DNA of 32,000 nt from Candidatus Nanopusillus sp. (GTDB lineage Archaea > Nanobdellota > Nanobdellia > Nanobdellales > Nanobdellaceae). The notes beneath the pieces were generated by a model, which did no database searches, was not told the DNA's origin, and saw only the letters and a list, made by a program, of their open reading frames with translations. The DNA is taken from positions 60,001 to 92,000 of the forward strand of contig JAWDMD010000001.1 of NCBI GenBank assembly GCA_046536775.1, read 5' to 3'. Below, in pieces: positions 1 through 11,542 of the stretch. Numbering within the stretch: position 1 is the stretch's first letter; each line of letters opens with the position of its first letter. The translations under genes were made by a program, and so were the position numbers.

Positions 1-85
1 TCCAATAACTGCAACAGATGTTTCCCGTATTTTTTTATTTTTTTCAAACCCAAAAAATTTTATTTGAGAAATATACCTTGAGATA

Positions 86-2470
<2,385 letters not shown>

Positions 2471-2492
2471 AATTTCATAATATCCTTTCACC

Positions 2493-2499
2493 TTTTAAA
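2493..2499 (-). promoter_or_regulatory. TATA-like TTTAAAA about 26 nt upstream of the cdc48 ATG (2470)
   Basis: Read directly. Such motifs are frequent by chance in this AT-rich DNA, so this is moderate evidence only. Confidence 0.45.
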
Positions 2500-2516
2500 C
2501 CTAAATCATGAAAAAA

Positions 2517-2523
2517 TTTAAAT
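2517..2523 (+). promoter_or_regulatory. TATA-like TTTAAAT about 28 nt upstream of the PRC-barrel ATG (2548)
   Basis: Read directly, with the same caveat about AT-rich background. Confidence 0.45.
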
Positions 2524-2547
2524 TATTCAATATATTTATTTTATTTT

Positions 2548-2877
2548 ATGGCATTGAATATTAGGAAGATATCTGAAACCACAAGATCGAAGGTATATAC
2601 AGAAGATGGATATTTCTTAGGAGAAGTTGAAGATGCAATAATAAGTGATAATAAAATATATGGATGGAAAATGAGGGTATTAGATCCAGATTTATCTAGA
2701 AAAGGAATTAAAGGAATAATTGCTCCGCATCAATTAATCAAAGCAATGGGACAAATTTGGATAATATCAAAGGCGGTATATTCTGTAAGATCTACATCAG
2801 AAAAAGAGGAAAAAGATGATAAAGAACCAATAAAGGAAGAAAATGAAAATAAAATAGAGATTGAAAAAGTTGAATAA
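2548..2877 (+). CDS. PRC-barrel domain protein with acidic C-terminal tail
   Basis: SKVYTEDGYFLGEVEDAIISDNKIYGWKMRV resembles archaeal PRC-barrel proteins. The tail is EKEEKDDKEPIKEENENK. A TATA-like TTTAAAT lies about 28 nt upstream of the ATG. Confidence 0.55.
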   Translation: MALNIRKISETTRSKVYTEDGYFLGEVEDAIISDNKIYGWKMRVLDPDLSRKGIKGIIAPHQLIKAMGQIWIISKAVYSVRSTSEKEEKDDKEPIKEENENKIEIEKVE

Positions 2878-2879
2878 AT

Positions 2880-3278
2880 CTATCTATAGGCTGTTGTATA
2901 GTGTTTTCTTGCTTTTGAAGTAGGCGATTTTCTTTGTTCTTTTCTTCTTGGATCTGATTTTAGCATATATGGATCATATTGTAAATATAGCAATTTCAAT
3001 TTATCATCATCAAAATATTTTACCAAACCCTTTGCAATAGCTATCCTGGCTGCCTCGGCTTTTCCCATATATCCACCACCCCTTACTTTAACTCTTATAT
3101 TTACTTTTGAAACATAATCGTCTCCAGCCAATATTAATGGCTCACTTATTCTTAATCTTGCTAATAATGGTTCATATACATGTAATAGAACAGAATTTAT
3201 TGTAACTTTACCATTACCTTCCTTTATATATGCTCTTGCAATTGCTGTTTTTCTTTTTGCTGTAACTATTATTGTCAT
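2880..3278 (-). CDS. rps9: 30S ribosomal protein uS9
   Basis: GGGYMGKAEAARIAIAKGL and a basic C-terminus ending ...KHYTTAYR are typical of uS9. It sits in the conserved L18e-L13-S9 order. Confidence 0.93.
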   Translation of the reverse strand: MTIIVTAKRKTAIARAYIKEGNGKVTINSVLLHVYEPLLARLRISEPLILAGDDYVSKVNIRVKVRGGGYMGKAEAARIAIAKGLVKYFDDDKLKLLYLQYDPYMLKSDPRRKEQRKSPTSKARKHYTTAYR

Positions 3279-3304
3279 GTTATATAAATTTATGTACTAG
3301 ATTT

Positions 3305-3751
3305 TTAAAATTTTCCACCAATTTGCCTTGATATATCCCCTAAATAATGATATTCCCTTACTGTTCTTATCCTTAATCTATTCTGAATTAAAGATTCTTC
3401 TATCTTTTCCAATTTTATATCTTTAAATTCTTCTGGTAATCCTAAGAAAACTTTTACTTTTTTAAGAGCATCTTTACCCCTATTATTTCTTGGTAACATT
3501 CCATAGATTACTCTTCTTAATATCTTATCTGGTCTTTTAGGATAAAATGGACCCTTTATCCAATCCCCCCTTTCATTTACTTTATGATTCCAATATTTAA
3601 CTAAATTATTCCATCTTCCGACCAAAACAACCTTTTCAGCATTAAATATATATACTTCATACCCTTCTAATAAATATTTAGCAACTCTTGATGCTAATCT
3701 ACCCAAAACTGAATCTGTTGCATCTATATATTTTCTTCCTACTGCTGTCAT
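3305..3751 (-). CDS. rpl13: 50S ribosomal protein uL13
   Basis: IDATDSVLGRLASRVAKYLLEG..VYIFNAEKVVLVG is the uL13 N-terminal signature. An ATGA overlap joins it to the upstream L18e gene. Confidence 0.93.
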   Translation of the reverse strand: MTAVGRKYIDATDSVLGRLASRVAKYLLEGYEVYIFNAEKVVLVGRWNNLVKYWNHKVNERGDWIKGPFYPKRPDKILRRVIYGMLPRNNRGKDALKKVKVFLGLPEEFKDIKLEKIEESLIQNRLRIRTVREYHYLGDISRQIGGKF

Positions 3752-4113
3752 ATTATTATTTTTATATTTGAATCTTTTGGATTTGCCTTTAATAGATCTT
3801 CTATTGTCAATGCTTTAATACCAGACTTTTCCAATTTTTCTTTTGCATTTAATGAATATTTCCATGCAGCAACTGTAATTTTTTTACTTATTATACCATA
3901 ACCAAGTAATTTTCCAGGAACTATAACAGTATCTCCATCTTTTGTATATTTATCCAATTTAGATAAATTTACTTCAACTCTTTTTCTTGTTGGTCTACTT
4001 AAAAGTTCCGCTATATATAACCAGAACTTACTATTATTTTTCTTCCCTTCCTTTTTTAGCAAATTTATCAATTTTCTTAGATAAATATTAGTAGGTCCGG
4101 TCCTTTTTACCAT
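3748..4113 (-). CDS. rpl18e: 50S ribosomal protein eL18 (L18e)
   Basis: MVKRTGPTN...LSRPTRKRVEVNLSKL...VIVPGKLLGYG matches the archaeal L18e pattern. Gene order with L13 and S9 agrees. Confidence 0.9.
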   Translation of the reverse strand: MVKRTGPTNIYLRKLINLLKKEGKKNNSKFWLYIAELLSRPTRKRVEVNLSKLDKYTKDGDTVIVPGKLLGYGIISKKITVAAWKYSLNAKEKLEKSGIKALTIEDLLKANPKDSNIKIII

Positions 4114-4137
4114 TTTTTCATAACTTATAAAAAATGT

Positions 4138-4755
4138 TTAAAAATTATTATTAAAGTCTTTTGATATCAAAGATCCTGTAGCACCCTCTTCATTCAAATA
4201 TTTAGATCCTCTCCTTTTATCATATGGTACCTCTGAAGAATCTGTTTCAATGAAAACAATCTGAGCAACCTTTGCTTTTGGATATATTTTAATAGGAACT
4301 TTATTTACATTAATAATCTCTAATGTTAAATATCCCTTATATCCCGGATCAATATAACCAGCAGAAGTATGTACTATTAAACCGAGCCTTCCAATCGACG
4401 ATCTACCATGTATCTGTCCAACAATATCATCTGGTAATTCTATATATTCATATATTGATGCTAGAATAAATTCTCCCGGATGAATTATTATTGGAACATT
4501 ATCATTTTTTAATATATACAGATCTGAATATTTTCCTATATGTATTATATATTCTTTAGTCTCTATTCTTGTATATACATCATCATAATAATCTTTTATA
4601 TCTATAACTTCCTTTTCTAATGTTTTAAATACTCTAAACTTATATCCTAACCTTATATCCAATGATGCTGGACCTATCATATCTTCATCAAATGGTTCAA
4701 CTTTTATTTTCCCACCTTTTATATATTCCCTAATTTTTTTATCTACTAATATCAT
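4138..4755 (-). CDS. dcd: dCTP deaminase (possibly bifunctional dCTP deaminase/dUTPase type)
   Basis: MILVDKKIREYI...GPASLDIRLG...HGRSSIGRLGL...GYKGYLTLEI matches the dcd/dUTPase-fold family. Confidence 0.88.
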   Translation of the reverse strand: MILVDKKIREYIKGGKIKVEPFDEDMIGPASLDIRLGYKFRVFKTLEKEVIDIKDYYDDVYTRIETKEYIIHIGKYSDLYILKNDNVPIIIHPGEFILASIYEYIELPDDIVGQIHGRSSIGRLGLIVHTSAGYIDPGYKGYLTLEIINVNKVPIKIYPKAKVAQIVFIETDSSEVPYDKRRGSKYLNEEGATGSLISKDFNNNF

Positions 4756-4764
4756 TATACTTCT

Positions 4765-5457
4765 ATGTACAAATCTATTATAAATTTACTTAAGGAGATG
4801 GATTTCCAGTTTTGGTGGCCAGTAGATATAAATTATCATAATAAAAATGAGGGAGATTGGAGGATAGAAATAATTATAGGAGCGATATTGACACAGAACA
4901 CAAAATGGGATATAGTAGAGAAAAATATAGAATATTTAAAATCAAAAAATTTTATCTTTAGATTGGAAAATATAAATAATTTATCTATTGATGATATAAA
5001 AGTTCCATTTAGATTAAGAAAACTTGAGACACTAAAATCTTTATCTAATTATATATTAGAGAATTATGGAAATATTGATAATTTTTCTGCATTTGGAATA
5101 AATAAAATAAGGGATGAATTATTAAAAATAAAGGGAATTGGAAAGGAAACTTGTGATGCAATAATATTATATTCACTTGAAAAACCAATATTTGTAGTAG
5201 ATTATTATACTAAAAAATTTTTTAATAGATTCGAAGAATATGATAAACTAAGAATTGAAATAGAAAAAATTATTAACGATAATTTTAATGAAATATATGA
5301 TTTATTTTTAGATAAATTAAAAAATATTGAAAATAAAAATCTTCCTTTTTTATCGGTATATGATCTAAGTAAAGATATAAGTTATGAGAAAAAATTGACA
5401 ATAATGTATAAAGAATTACATGCGATGATTGATATAAAGATGAAAAATTTAAAGTAA
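4765..5457 (+). CDS. Endonuclease III-related HhH-GPD family protein (no Fe-S cysteine cluster)
   Basis: FQFWWP...IIGAILTQNTKW and a helix-hairpin-helix LLKIKGIGKETCDAIILY are present. The C-terminus lacks a Cys4 cluster, as in the 'endonuclease III-related' group. Confidence 0.72.
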   Translation: MYKSIINLLKEMDFQFWWPVDINYHNKNEGDWRIEIIIGAILTQNTKWDIVEKNIEYLKSKNFIFRLENINNLSIDDIKVPFRLRKLETLKSLSNYILENYGNIDNFSAFGINKIRDELLKIKGIGKETCDAIILYSLEKPIFVVDYYTKKFFNRFEEYDKLRIEIEKIINDNFNEIYDLFLDKLKNIENKNLPFLSVYDLSKDISYEKKLTIMYKELHAMIDIKMKNLK

Positions 5458-5476
5458 TTATTTATACTAAATTTCT

Positions 5477-6811
5477 ATGGACATATATAATTATAATAGA
5501 GGTTTTGAACTATTAAAAAATAGGATAAACATAAAAGATCTTGAAAAAATTGAATATAATAAAGAGGTCGTATTGGCTGGATGGATAATAAATATAAAAA
5601 ATATTGGAAATATATCATTTATTATATTAAGAGATCAAACTGGAGATGTTCAAATAACAATAAAAAAAGATATATTTAATGATTTAGAATTTATTGGAGA
5701 ATTTTCATTGAATACATTCATAGTAATTAGGGGAAAATATGTTGAGGGAATAGCAAAAAAATATAAGGAAGTTATTGCTGAAGAAATATATCTAATTAGT
5801 GAACCTGCAGATAGATTACCTATAGATGAAAATTCATATTTTGAAAAAAGAATAAATTATAGATGGATTGATCTTAGAGATCCAAAGAAAAGTTTAATAA
5901 TTAAGTTAACATCATATGCAGTAAAATATATTAGAGAATATTTATATAATAATAATTTTATTGAAATATTTTCTCCAAAAATAATAAGTACAGCATCTGA
6001 AGGTGGAGCAGAAGTTTTTGAAATAAATTATTTTAATAGAAAAGCCTATTTAGCACAATCACCACAATTTTATAAACAAATGGCAATATGTTCTGGTTTT
6101 GAAAAAGTATTTGAAATTGCACCAGCATTTAGGGCAGAACAATCTTTTACATCAAGACATTTGACAGAATTTACATCTTTTGATGTAGAAATTGGGTATA
6201 TAAGTTCACATCATGATATAATAAATGTTTTAGAAGAAATTATAAAATATACAAATAAAAAAATAAAAGAAGATTTTGAAGATGAAATCAAAAAGTATTA
6301 TAATGTAGACATATTTATTCCAGAAAATATTCCAAAAATAAAGATGGAAGATGTATATGAAATTATTGGGAAAAATAATATAAAAGAAAATGGTGATATA
6401 ACATCTGAAGGAGAAAAAATTTTAGGAGATTATGTTAAAAAAACATATGATAATGAATTTGTATTTATAATTGACTGGCCCTGGACTGCAAGACCATTTT
6501 ATCATATGAAGGGAGAACCAATGAAAAATGGAACAATAACAACAAAAAGTTTTGATCTATTATATAATGGTTTAGAGATCTCTACAGGTTCTCAAAGAGA
6601 ACATAGATATAAAATATTATTGGAACAAATAAAAGAAAAAGGATTAAATCCAGATAATTTTAAATATTATTTAGAATTCTTTAAATATGGTGCTCCAACA
6701 ATGGGTGGATTTGGATTTGGTATTGCAAGGCATATAAAACAACTATTAAATATTGAAAATGTAAAAGAAGTTGTATTAATACCAAGAGACCCAAATAGGT
6801 TGGAACCATGA
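5477..6811 (+). CDS. aspS: Aspartyl-tRNA synthetase, archaeal class IIb
   Basis: QSPQFYKQ, FRAEQSFTSRHLTEF (motif 2) and GGFGFGIARHI (motif 3) are present, with an N-terminal OB-fold region. Confidence 0.95.
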   Translation: MDIYNYNRGFELLKNRINIKDLEKIEYNKEVVLAGWIINIKNIGNISFIILRDQTGDVQITIKKDIFNDLEFIGEFSLNTFIVIRGKYVEGIAKKYKEVIAEEIYLISEPADRLPIDENSYFEKRINYRWIDLRDPKKSLIIKLTSYAVKYIREYLYNNNFIEIFSPKIISTASEGGAEVFEINYFNRKAYLAQSPQFYKQMAICSGFEKVFEIAPAFRAEQSFTSRHLTEFTSFDVEIGYISSHHDIINVLEEIIKYTNKKIKEDFEDEIKKYYNVDIFIPENIPKIKMEDVYEIIGKNNIKENGDITSEGEKILGDYVKKTYDNEFVFIIDWPWTARPFYHMKGEPMKNGTITTKSFDLLYNGLEISTGSQREHRYKILLEQIKEKGLNPDNFKYYLEFFKYGAPTMGGFGFGIARHIKQLLNIENVKEVVLIPRDPNRLEP

Positions 6812-7548
6812 TTGATTTCTATATTGTATTTGTAGAACCAGAATCTGAAGATAATATAGGTGCATTAGCTAGAGTGATGGCAAATTTTAATTTTAAAAAT
6901 TTAATATTAGTAAATCCCAAAGTAAATCCTTATGGGGATAAAGTAAAGATTGTTGCCAGAGAAAAAGGATGGGAAATAATAGAGAATATGAAAATATATG
7001 ACAATTTAGATGAAGTAATTGGTTTATTCGATATAAATTATGGTACAACTGGAGTTTCTTCAAAAATGGAAAATGAAGTATTGAGAAATCCATTAACTCC
7101 TAGAGAATTTGCAAATTTTATATATAAATACGATGGAAGGATTGGTATATTTTTTGGAAGAGAAGCTAAAGGTTTTAGTAATAAAGAACTGGATAAATTT
7201 GATGGAATAATCACAATCCCTGCAAGTGAAGAATATCCAATAATGAATATAACTCATTCTGCGGCGATAATATTATATGAACTATTTATTTCAAAAAATG
7301 ATCCAATAAGAAAAGTATTTAAATTAATAAATAGTCAAGAAAGAAAATATTTATATAAAATGTTTAGAGATTTTGTAGATGTATTACCTTCTCAAGATTA
7401 TAGAAAACCTTTTATATATAGGGGATTAAGAAATCTAGTTGGAAAAGCATTAATTACAAAAAGAGAATATTCCTTACTAATGGGGATATTAAGAATTGCA
7501 AAAGAAAACATAGAAAATTGTAGAAAAAATAAAAATCAAACTTTATAA
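6808..7548 (+). CDS. SPOUT (SpoU/TrmH group 1, TrmJ-like) RNA 2'-O-methyltransferase
   Basis: VFVEPESEDNIGALARVMANFNF and FGREAKGFSNKEL...ITIPASEEYPIMNITHSAAIILYEL resemble TrmJ-like SPOUT motifs. An ATGA overlap joins it to aspS. Confidence 0.72.
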   Translation: MIDFYIVFVEPESEDNIGALARVMANFNFKNLILVNPKVNPYGDKVKIVAREKGWEIIENMKIYDNLDEVIGLFDINYGTTGVSSKMENEVLRNPLTPREFANFIYKYDGRIGIFFGREAKGFSNKELDKFDGIITIPASEEYPIMNITHSAAIILYELFISKNDPIRKVFKLINSQERKYLYKMFRDFVDVLPSQDYRKPFIYRGLRNLVGKALITKREYSLLMGILRIAKENIENCRKNKNQTL

Positions 7549-7550
7549 AA
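7542..7550 (+). promoter_or_regulatory. TATA-like TTTATAAAA about 26 nt upstream of the rpl31e ATG, overlapping the stop codon of the upstream methylase gene
   Basis: Read directly. The TAA stop at 7546-7548 lies inside the element. Confidence 0.45.
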
Positions 7551-7571
7551 TTTTGTTATTCAAATATCATA

Positions 7572-7913
7572 ATGCCTGAGGAAACTCAATTAGTACAAAC
7601 TGAAAATGTTCAACAAAATCAACAGGTTCAGCAAACTCAGGAAAATACTGAAAAGAAAGAAAATATACAAGAATTTCATATAAAAATAAATATAAGGAAA
7701 TGGATATTAAAAACCCCATTAAAAAGAAGAGCAAAAAAGGCAGCAAAAGTAATAAGAGAGATTATAATGAAGAGATATAAATCAAAAAATGTTTTATTAT
7801 CTGTAAGATTAAATAATCATATTTGGTCTAGAGGAATTAAGAAACCACCAACAAGATATGAATTAAAAATAATTAAAAAAGAAGATAAAATATTTGTAGA
7901 TATTGATGGATGA
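7572..7913 (+). CDS. rpl31e: 50S ribosomal protein eL31 with Q-rich N-terminal extension
   Basis: RRAKKAAKVIREIIMKRYKSKNVLLSVRLNNHIWSRGIKKPPTRYELKI matches the eL31 core. About 33 extra N-terminal residues are rich in Q and E. Confidence 0.85.
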   Translation: MPEETQLVQTENVQQNQQVQQTQENTEKKENIQEFHIKINIRKWILKTPLKRRAKKAAKVIREIIMKRYKSKNVLLSVRLNNHIWSRGIKKPPTRYELKIIKKEDKIFVDIDG

Positions 7914-8988
7914 AGGAAAAGCAATAATAAATTATAATCCAGATTTTTTAAAGAAATTATCATCAAAATTACCTATATTCTATAACCCATTAATGAAAAT
8001 AAATAGAGATTTTACAATAATAATATTAAAATCTTATTATAATATAGTAAAGAAAAAATTGAATATTTTAGATTGTATGACTGCTACTGGTGTTAGATCT
8101 ATAAGAATATTAAAGGAAATACCTGAAGTTGTAAATAAAATATATATAAATGATATAAAAAAAGAAGCAATAGAAAATATAAAGGAAAATTTAAAGATTA
8201 ATAATTTAGAAAATGATGAAAGAATAATTATATTAAATAATGATTGTAGAGAACTATTATTGAAATATAAATTTGATTATGTTGATATAGATCCTTTTGG
8301 TTCTCCAATTGGTTTTGTAGAATTACTACCAAAAGCACTAAAAAATTATGGAATTGCTGGAATTACTGCAACAGATATTTCATCATTATCTGGATCAAGA
8401 TCAAAATCTTGTTTTAGGAAATATAATACAATAGGAATTAAAACAGATTTTTATTTAGAATTTGGATTAAGAAATTTGGCAAAATATATAATCCTTGAAG
8501 GGTTAAAATATGATATTGCATTAATTCCAATTTTTTCATATTATTATAATCATCATTATAGAATATTTGTTAAGAAAAGTACTAAAAGTAAAGATATAAA
8601 TTATTTAATAGAAAATATAAGGGAAATATATTATTGCAAAAATTGTGGATATAAATCTTTAGAAAATGGAAAATGTAAAGTATGCAATAATAATTTAATT
8701 AAATTAGGACCCATATATGTTGGAAAACTATATGATGAAAATATATTAAATGATATTAAGAATAATATTGGTTTAATCGATCTAGATAAGGATGAAAGAA
8801 AAATAATTGATAGAATAATAAATTGTGACTCAAAAACAGATTTATGGTATTATTATGATATAAGAAAAATTTCCTCTTTTTATAAAAATAATTTACCAAA
8901 AATTGAAAAAATATTAGAGATAAATAATGGATGTAGAACACATTTTACAGATTATGGAATAAAAACCTTATACTATCCAAAAATATAA
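7906..8988 (+). CDS. trm1: tRNA (guanine26-N2)-dimethyltransferase Trm1
   Basis: FYNPLMKINRD, LDCMTATGVRSIR, VDIDPFGSP and a Cys4 finger CKNCGY...CKVCNN are present. The ORF-track start at 7903 is TTG, so the ATG at 7906 is preferred. The gene overlaps the rpl31e stop. Confidence 0.9.
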   Translation: MDEGKAIINYNPDFLKKLSSKLPIFYNPLMKINRDFTIIILKSYYNIVKKKLNILDCMTATGVRSIRILKEIPEVVNKIYINDIKKEAIENIKENLKINNLENDERIIILNNDCRELLLKYKFDYVDIDPFGSPIGFVELLPKALKNYGIAGITATDISSLSGSRSKSCFRKYNTIGIKTDFYLEFGLRNLAKYIILEGLKYDIALIPIFSYYYNHHYRIFVKKSTKSKDINYLIENIREIYYCKNCGYKSLENGKCKVCNNNLIKLGPIYVGKLYDENILNDIKNNIGLIDLDKDERKIIDRIINCDSKTDLWYYYDIRKISSFYKNNLPKIEKILEINNGCRTHFTDYGIKTLYYPKI

Positions 8989-8995
8989 ATATATT

Positions 8996-9277
8996 ATGAG
9001 ATATAGTTTAATAATAAAAATAAATAAAAATATATCTTTAGAGGGTAATGATAATTTAATTTGGTATATAGAAAATTATACAAAAGATATAAACAATCTT
9101 GAATCTATGTTTGAAGCATTAAAAAAATATAAAGAAAAATATAGAAAAAAAGGAAAGATCAATATAGCCGTTGTAGGAAATATTGATAAGAATATAATTG
9201 AAAAATACAAAGATTATTTTAATATATTTATTGAAAACGATATACAAAGGAAAATCACAGAATTCATAAATAAATAA
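8996..9277 (+). CDS. Hypothetical small protein
   Basis: 93-codon ORF that fills the gap between trm1 and hef on the same strand. I recognise no family. Confidence 0.4.
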   Translation: MRYSLIIKINKNISLEGNDNLIWYIENYTKDINNLESMFEALKKYKEKYRKKGKINIAVVGNIDKNIIEKYKDYFNIFIENDIQRKITEFINK

Positions 9278-9301
9278 AAATCTTTTTAATATTTTTATAT
9301 T

Positions 9302-11542
9302 ATGTCTTCTATAGAATTAAGGGAATATCAAAAAAACATATTAGAATCATGTTTGAAGGAAAATACACTTGTTATATTACCAACAGGTACTGGAAAGACA
9401 ATTATTGCCTTTTTTCTTATTATTGAAAGATTAAAATTTTTTCCAGATAAAAAAATATACTTTTTAGCCCCAACAAAACCACTAGTAAACCAACATTATA
9501 ATAATTTTATAAAAATTTTTCCAGATTTAAAAGACAAAAGTATTGTAATTACAGGAGATATTCAACAAGAAAGAAGGAATTATTTATATAAACAGGGAAA
9601 AATCATTTTTGTAACACCACAAACATTACAAAATGATTTAATAAGCGGAAGAATAACATTCTATGATGCCTCAACAATAATATTTGATGAAGCACATAGA
9701 GCAGTTAAAAAGTATTCATATACATTTATTGCAAAAAAGTTTGTAGAACAGGCAAAGGATTATAGAATAATTGGATTAACAGCTTCTCCTGGTTGGAATA
9801 TTGAAAGAATAGAAGAAGTAATAAACAATCTATATATAAAGAATATTGAAATAAGAACTGGAGAAGAGTATGATATTAAAAAATATATGACTGGTATTGA
9901 AATTAAGAGGATAGATGTAGAATTAAATAATGAATTAAACAGTATTAAGGATTTGATAATAAAAGCTATAGATTTGAGGATATCTAAAGTAAAAGAATTA
10001 GATCCATCAATTAATATCAGCAGGGGTAAAAAGGACATATTAAATTGGATAGAAGAAATTAAAAAGAATCTGGGAATTAGAGGGAGAGATTATAGATTAA
10101 GAGAAATAGTAGAACTATTGTCTGAAACATTAAAAATATATCACGCCCTAGAAGTTTTAGAAACACAAACATTATATACCTTTATAAGTTATTTTAATGA
10201 TATTGAAAATGATATAAGAAAGAGTAGAGCAGATTATGAAGTTTTGAGTGATATAAGAATAAAGAAAGCGATATATTTAGCAAAAGAATATATTAATAAA
10301 AATATTGAACATCCAAAATTATTAAAATTAATAGAAATATTAAAGGAAAATAAAGATAAAAAAATAATTGTATTTGCGCAAATAAGGAAAACTCTAGATA
10401 GAATAAAAGAATATTGTGATAAAAATGATATAAAGGCTGAAAAGTTTGTTGGAAAAAAAGAAATGAGTAGAAATGAACAGATAAAATTATTGAAAGATTT
10501 TTCAGAAGGTAAATTCAATGTATTATTATCAACATCTGTTGGTGAAGAGGGTATTGATATTCCAAAAGTTGATATTGTAGTATTTTACGAACCTGTTCCA
10601 TCTGAAATTAGATATATACAAAGAAGAGGTAGAACTGGTAGAGGTGAGGTAGGGGAAGTAACAATATTAGTAACAAAGAATACAATGGATGAAAGATTTT
10701 ATTGGGTTTCAATAAGGAAAGAAAAAAAGATGTTATATATAATTAAAAGAATAAAAAAATATCTAAAAATAAATAATAATATAGAGGAGAATAATGTAAA
10801 TAATATGATGATGGCTGAAAGTGTTGAAAAATCTGGGGGAATATTTAAGTATATTACAAATAGTCAAACTTCTCAAGAAAAGGATAATTCATCAAATATG
10901 ATTAATACAAAATCTAATATTCCTATGATTATTGTAGATTATAAAGAAAAAGAATCAGGAGTGGTACAAACTTTAGCAAATACAGATATTTTAATAAAAT
11001 TAGAAAATTTAGATATTGGAGATTATATAATAGGAGACCTAATAATTGAGAGAAAAAATATATTGGATTTCATTAATTCCATAATAGATGGAAGATTATA
11101 TAATCAATTAGAAAAGTTAAAAGATAAAAAATCTGCTTTAATATTAGAAGGAACTGAAGATAGTTTTGGAATAGACACAAATATTTCGATAAATTACATA
11201 AGGACATTGATATTAAAAATAATTTTGGAATATAAAATACCAGTTATAAGAACTTCAGACTTTTTAGAAACAGCAAATTATTTATATTTATTAGCAAAAA
11301 ATTATAATAAATTCCCAAATATACCTGAAAAGGTGAAAAATTATGAAGATCTTGATGAGGTTAAATTAGAGATATTAAAATCTATACCAGGTGTTGGAGA
11401 AAATCTTGCATTAAAATTATTGGAAAGATTTAAATCATTAAAGAACATTTTTCTAGCAAATAAAACCGATTTAGAGAACATTGTTGGAGAAAAGAAAGCA
11501 GAGAGAATTAAAAAAATTTTTGAAGAGGAATATAAAAAATGA
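9302..11542 (+). CDS. hef: Hef helicase/ERCC4-type nuclease (XPF/FANCM family)
   Basis: SF2 helicase motifs PTGTGKT, FDEAHRA, LTASPG and QRRGRTGR are present. They are followed by an N/S-rich linker, an ERCC4 nuclease motif GDYIIGDLIIERK, and a C-terminal HhH2 IPGVGENLALKLLERF. Confidence 0.92.
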   Translation: MSSIELREYQKNILESCLKENTLVILPTGTGKTIIAFFLIIERLKFFPDKKIYFLAPTKPLVNQHYNNFIKIFPDLKDKSIVITGDIQQERRNYLYKQGKIIFVTPQTLQNDLISGRITFYDASTIIFDEAHRAVKKYSYTFIAKKFVEQAKDYRIIGLTASPGWNIERIEEVINNLYIKNIEIRTGEEYDIKKYMTGIEIKRIDVELNNELNSIKDLIIKAIDLRISKVKELDPSINISRGKKDILNWIEEIKKNLGIRGRDYRLREIVELLSETLKIYHALEVLETQTLYTFISYFNDIENDIRKSRADYEVLSDIRIKKAIYLAKEYINKNIEHPKLLKLIEILKENKDKKIIVFAQIRKTLDRIKEYCDKNDIKAEKFVGKKEMSRNEQIKLLKDFSEGKFNVLLSTSVGEEGIDIPKVDIVVFYEPVPSEIRYIQRRGRTGRGEVGEVTILVTKNTMDERFYWVSIRKEKKMLYIIKRIKKYLKINNNIEENNVNNMMMAESVEKSGGIFKYITNSQTSQEKDNSSNMINTKSNIPMIIVDYKEKESGVVQTLANTDILIKLENLDIGDYIIGDLIIERKNILDFINSIIDGRLYNQLEKLKDKKSALILEGTEDSFGIDTNISINYIRTLILKIILEYKIPVIRTSDFLETANYLYLLAKNYNKFPNIPEKVKNYEDLDEVKLEILKSIPGVGENLALKLLERFKSLKNIFLANKTDLENIVGEKKAERIKKIFEEEYKK

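Noticed and set aside
1-85. Open frames at the left window edge. A plus-strand frame stays open from nt 1 to a TGA at 79-81 (...CNRCFPYFF...). Minus-strand frames include ...ETSVAVIG and a TTG-initiated MKKIKKYGKHLL.
   Set aside because: The stretch is too short and lacks a standard start or any recognisable motif, so I cannot tell which strand, if any, is coding. Not called.
7570-7582. rpl31e and flaI (30530-30542) both start with the identical string taATGCCTGAG (MPE...).
   Set aside because: The shared tract is only 11 nt and is followed by unrelated sequence. It is most likely coincidence rather than a shared regulatory element.
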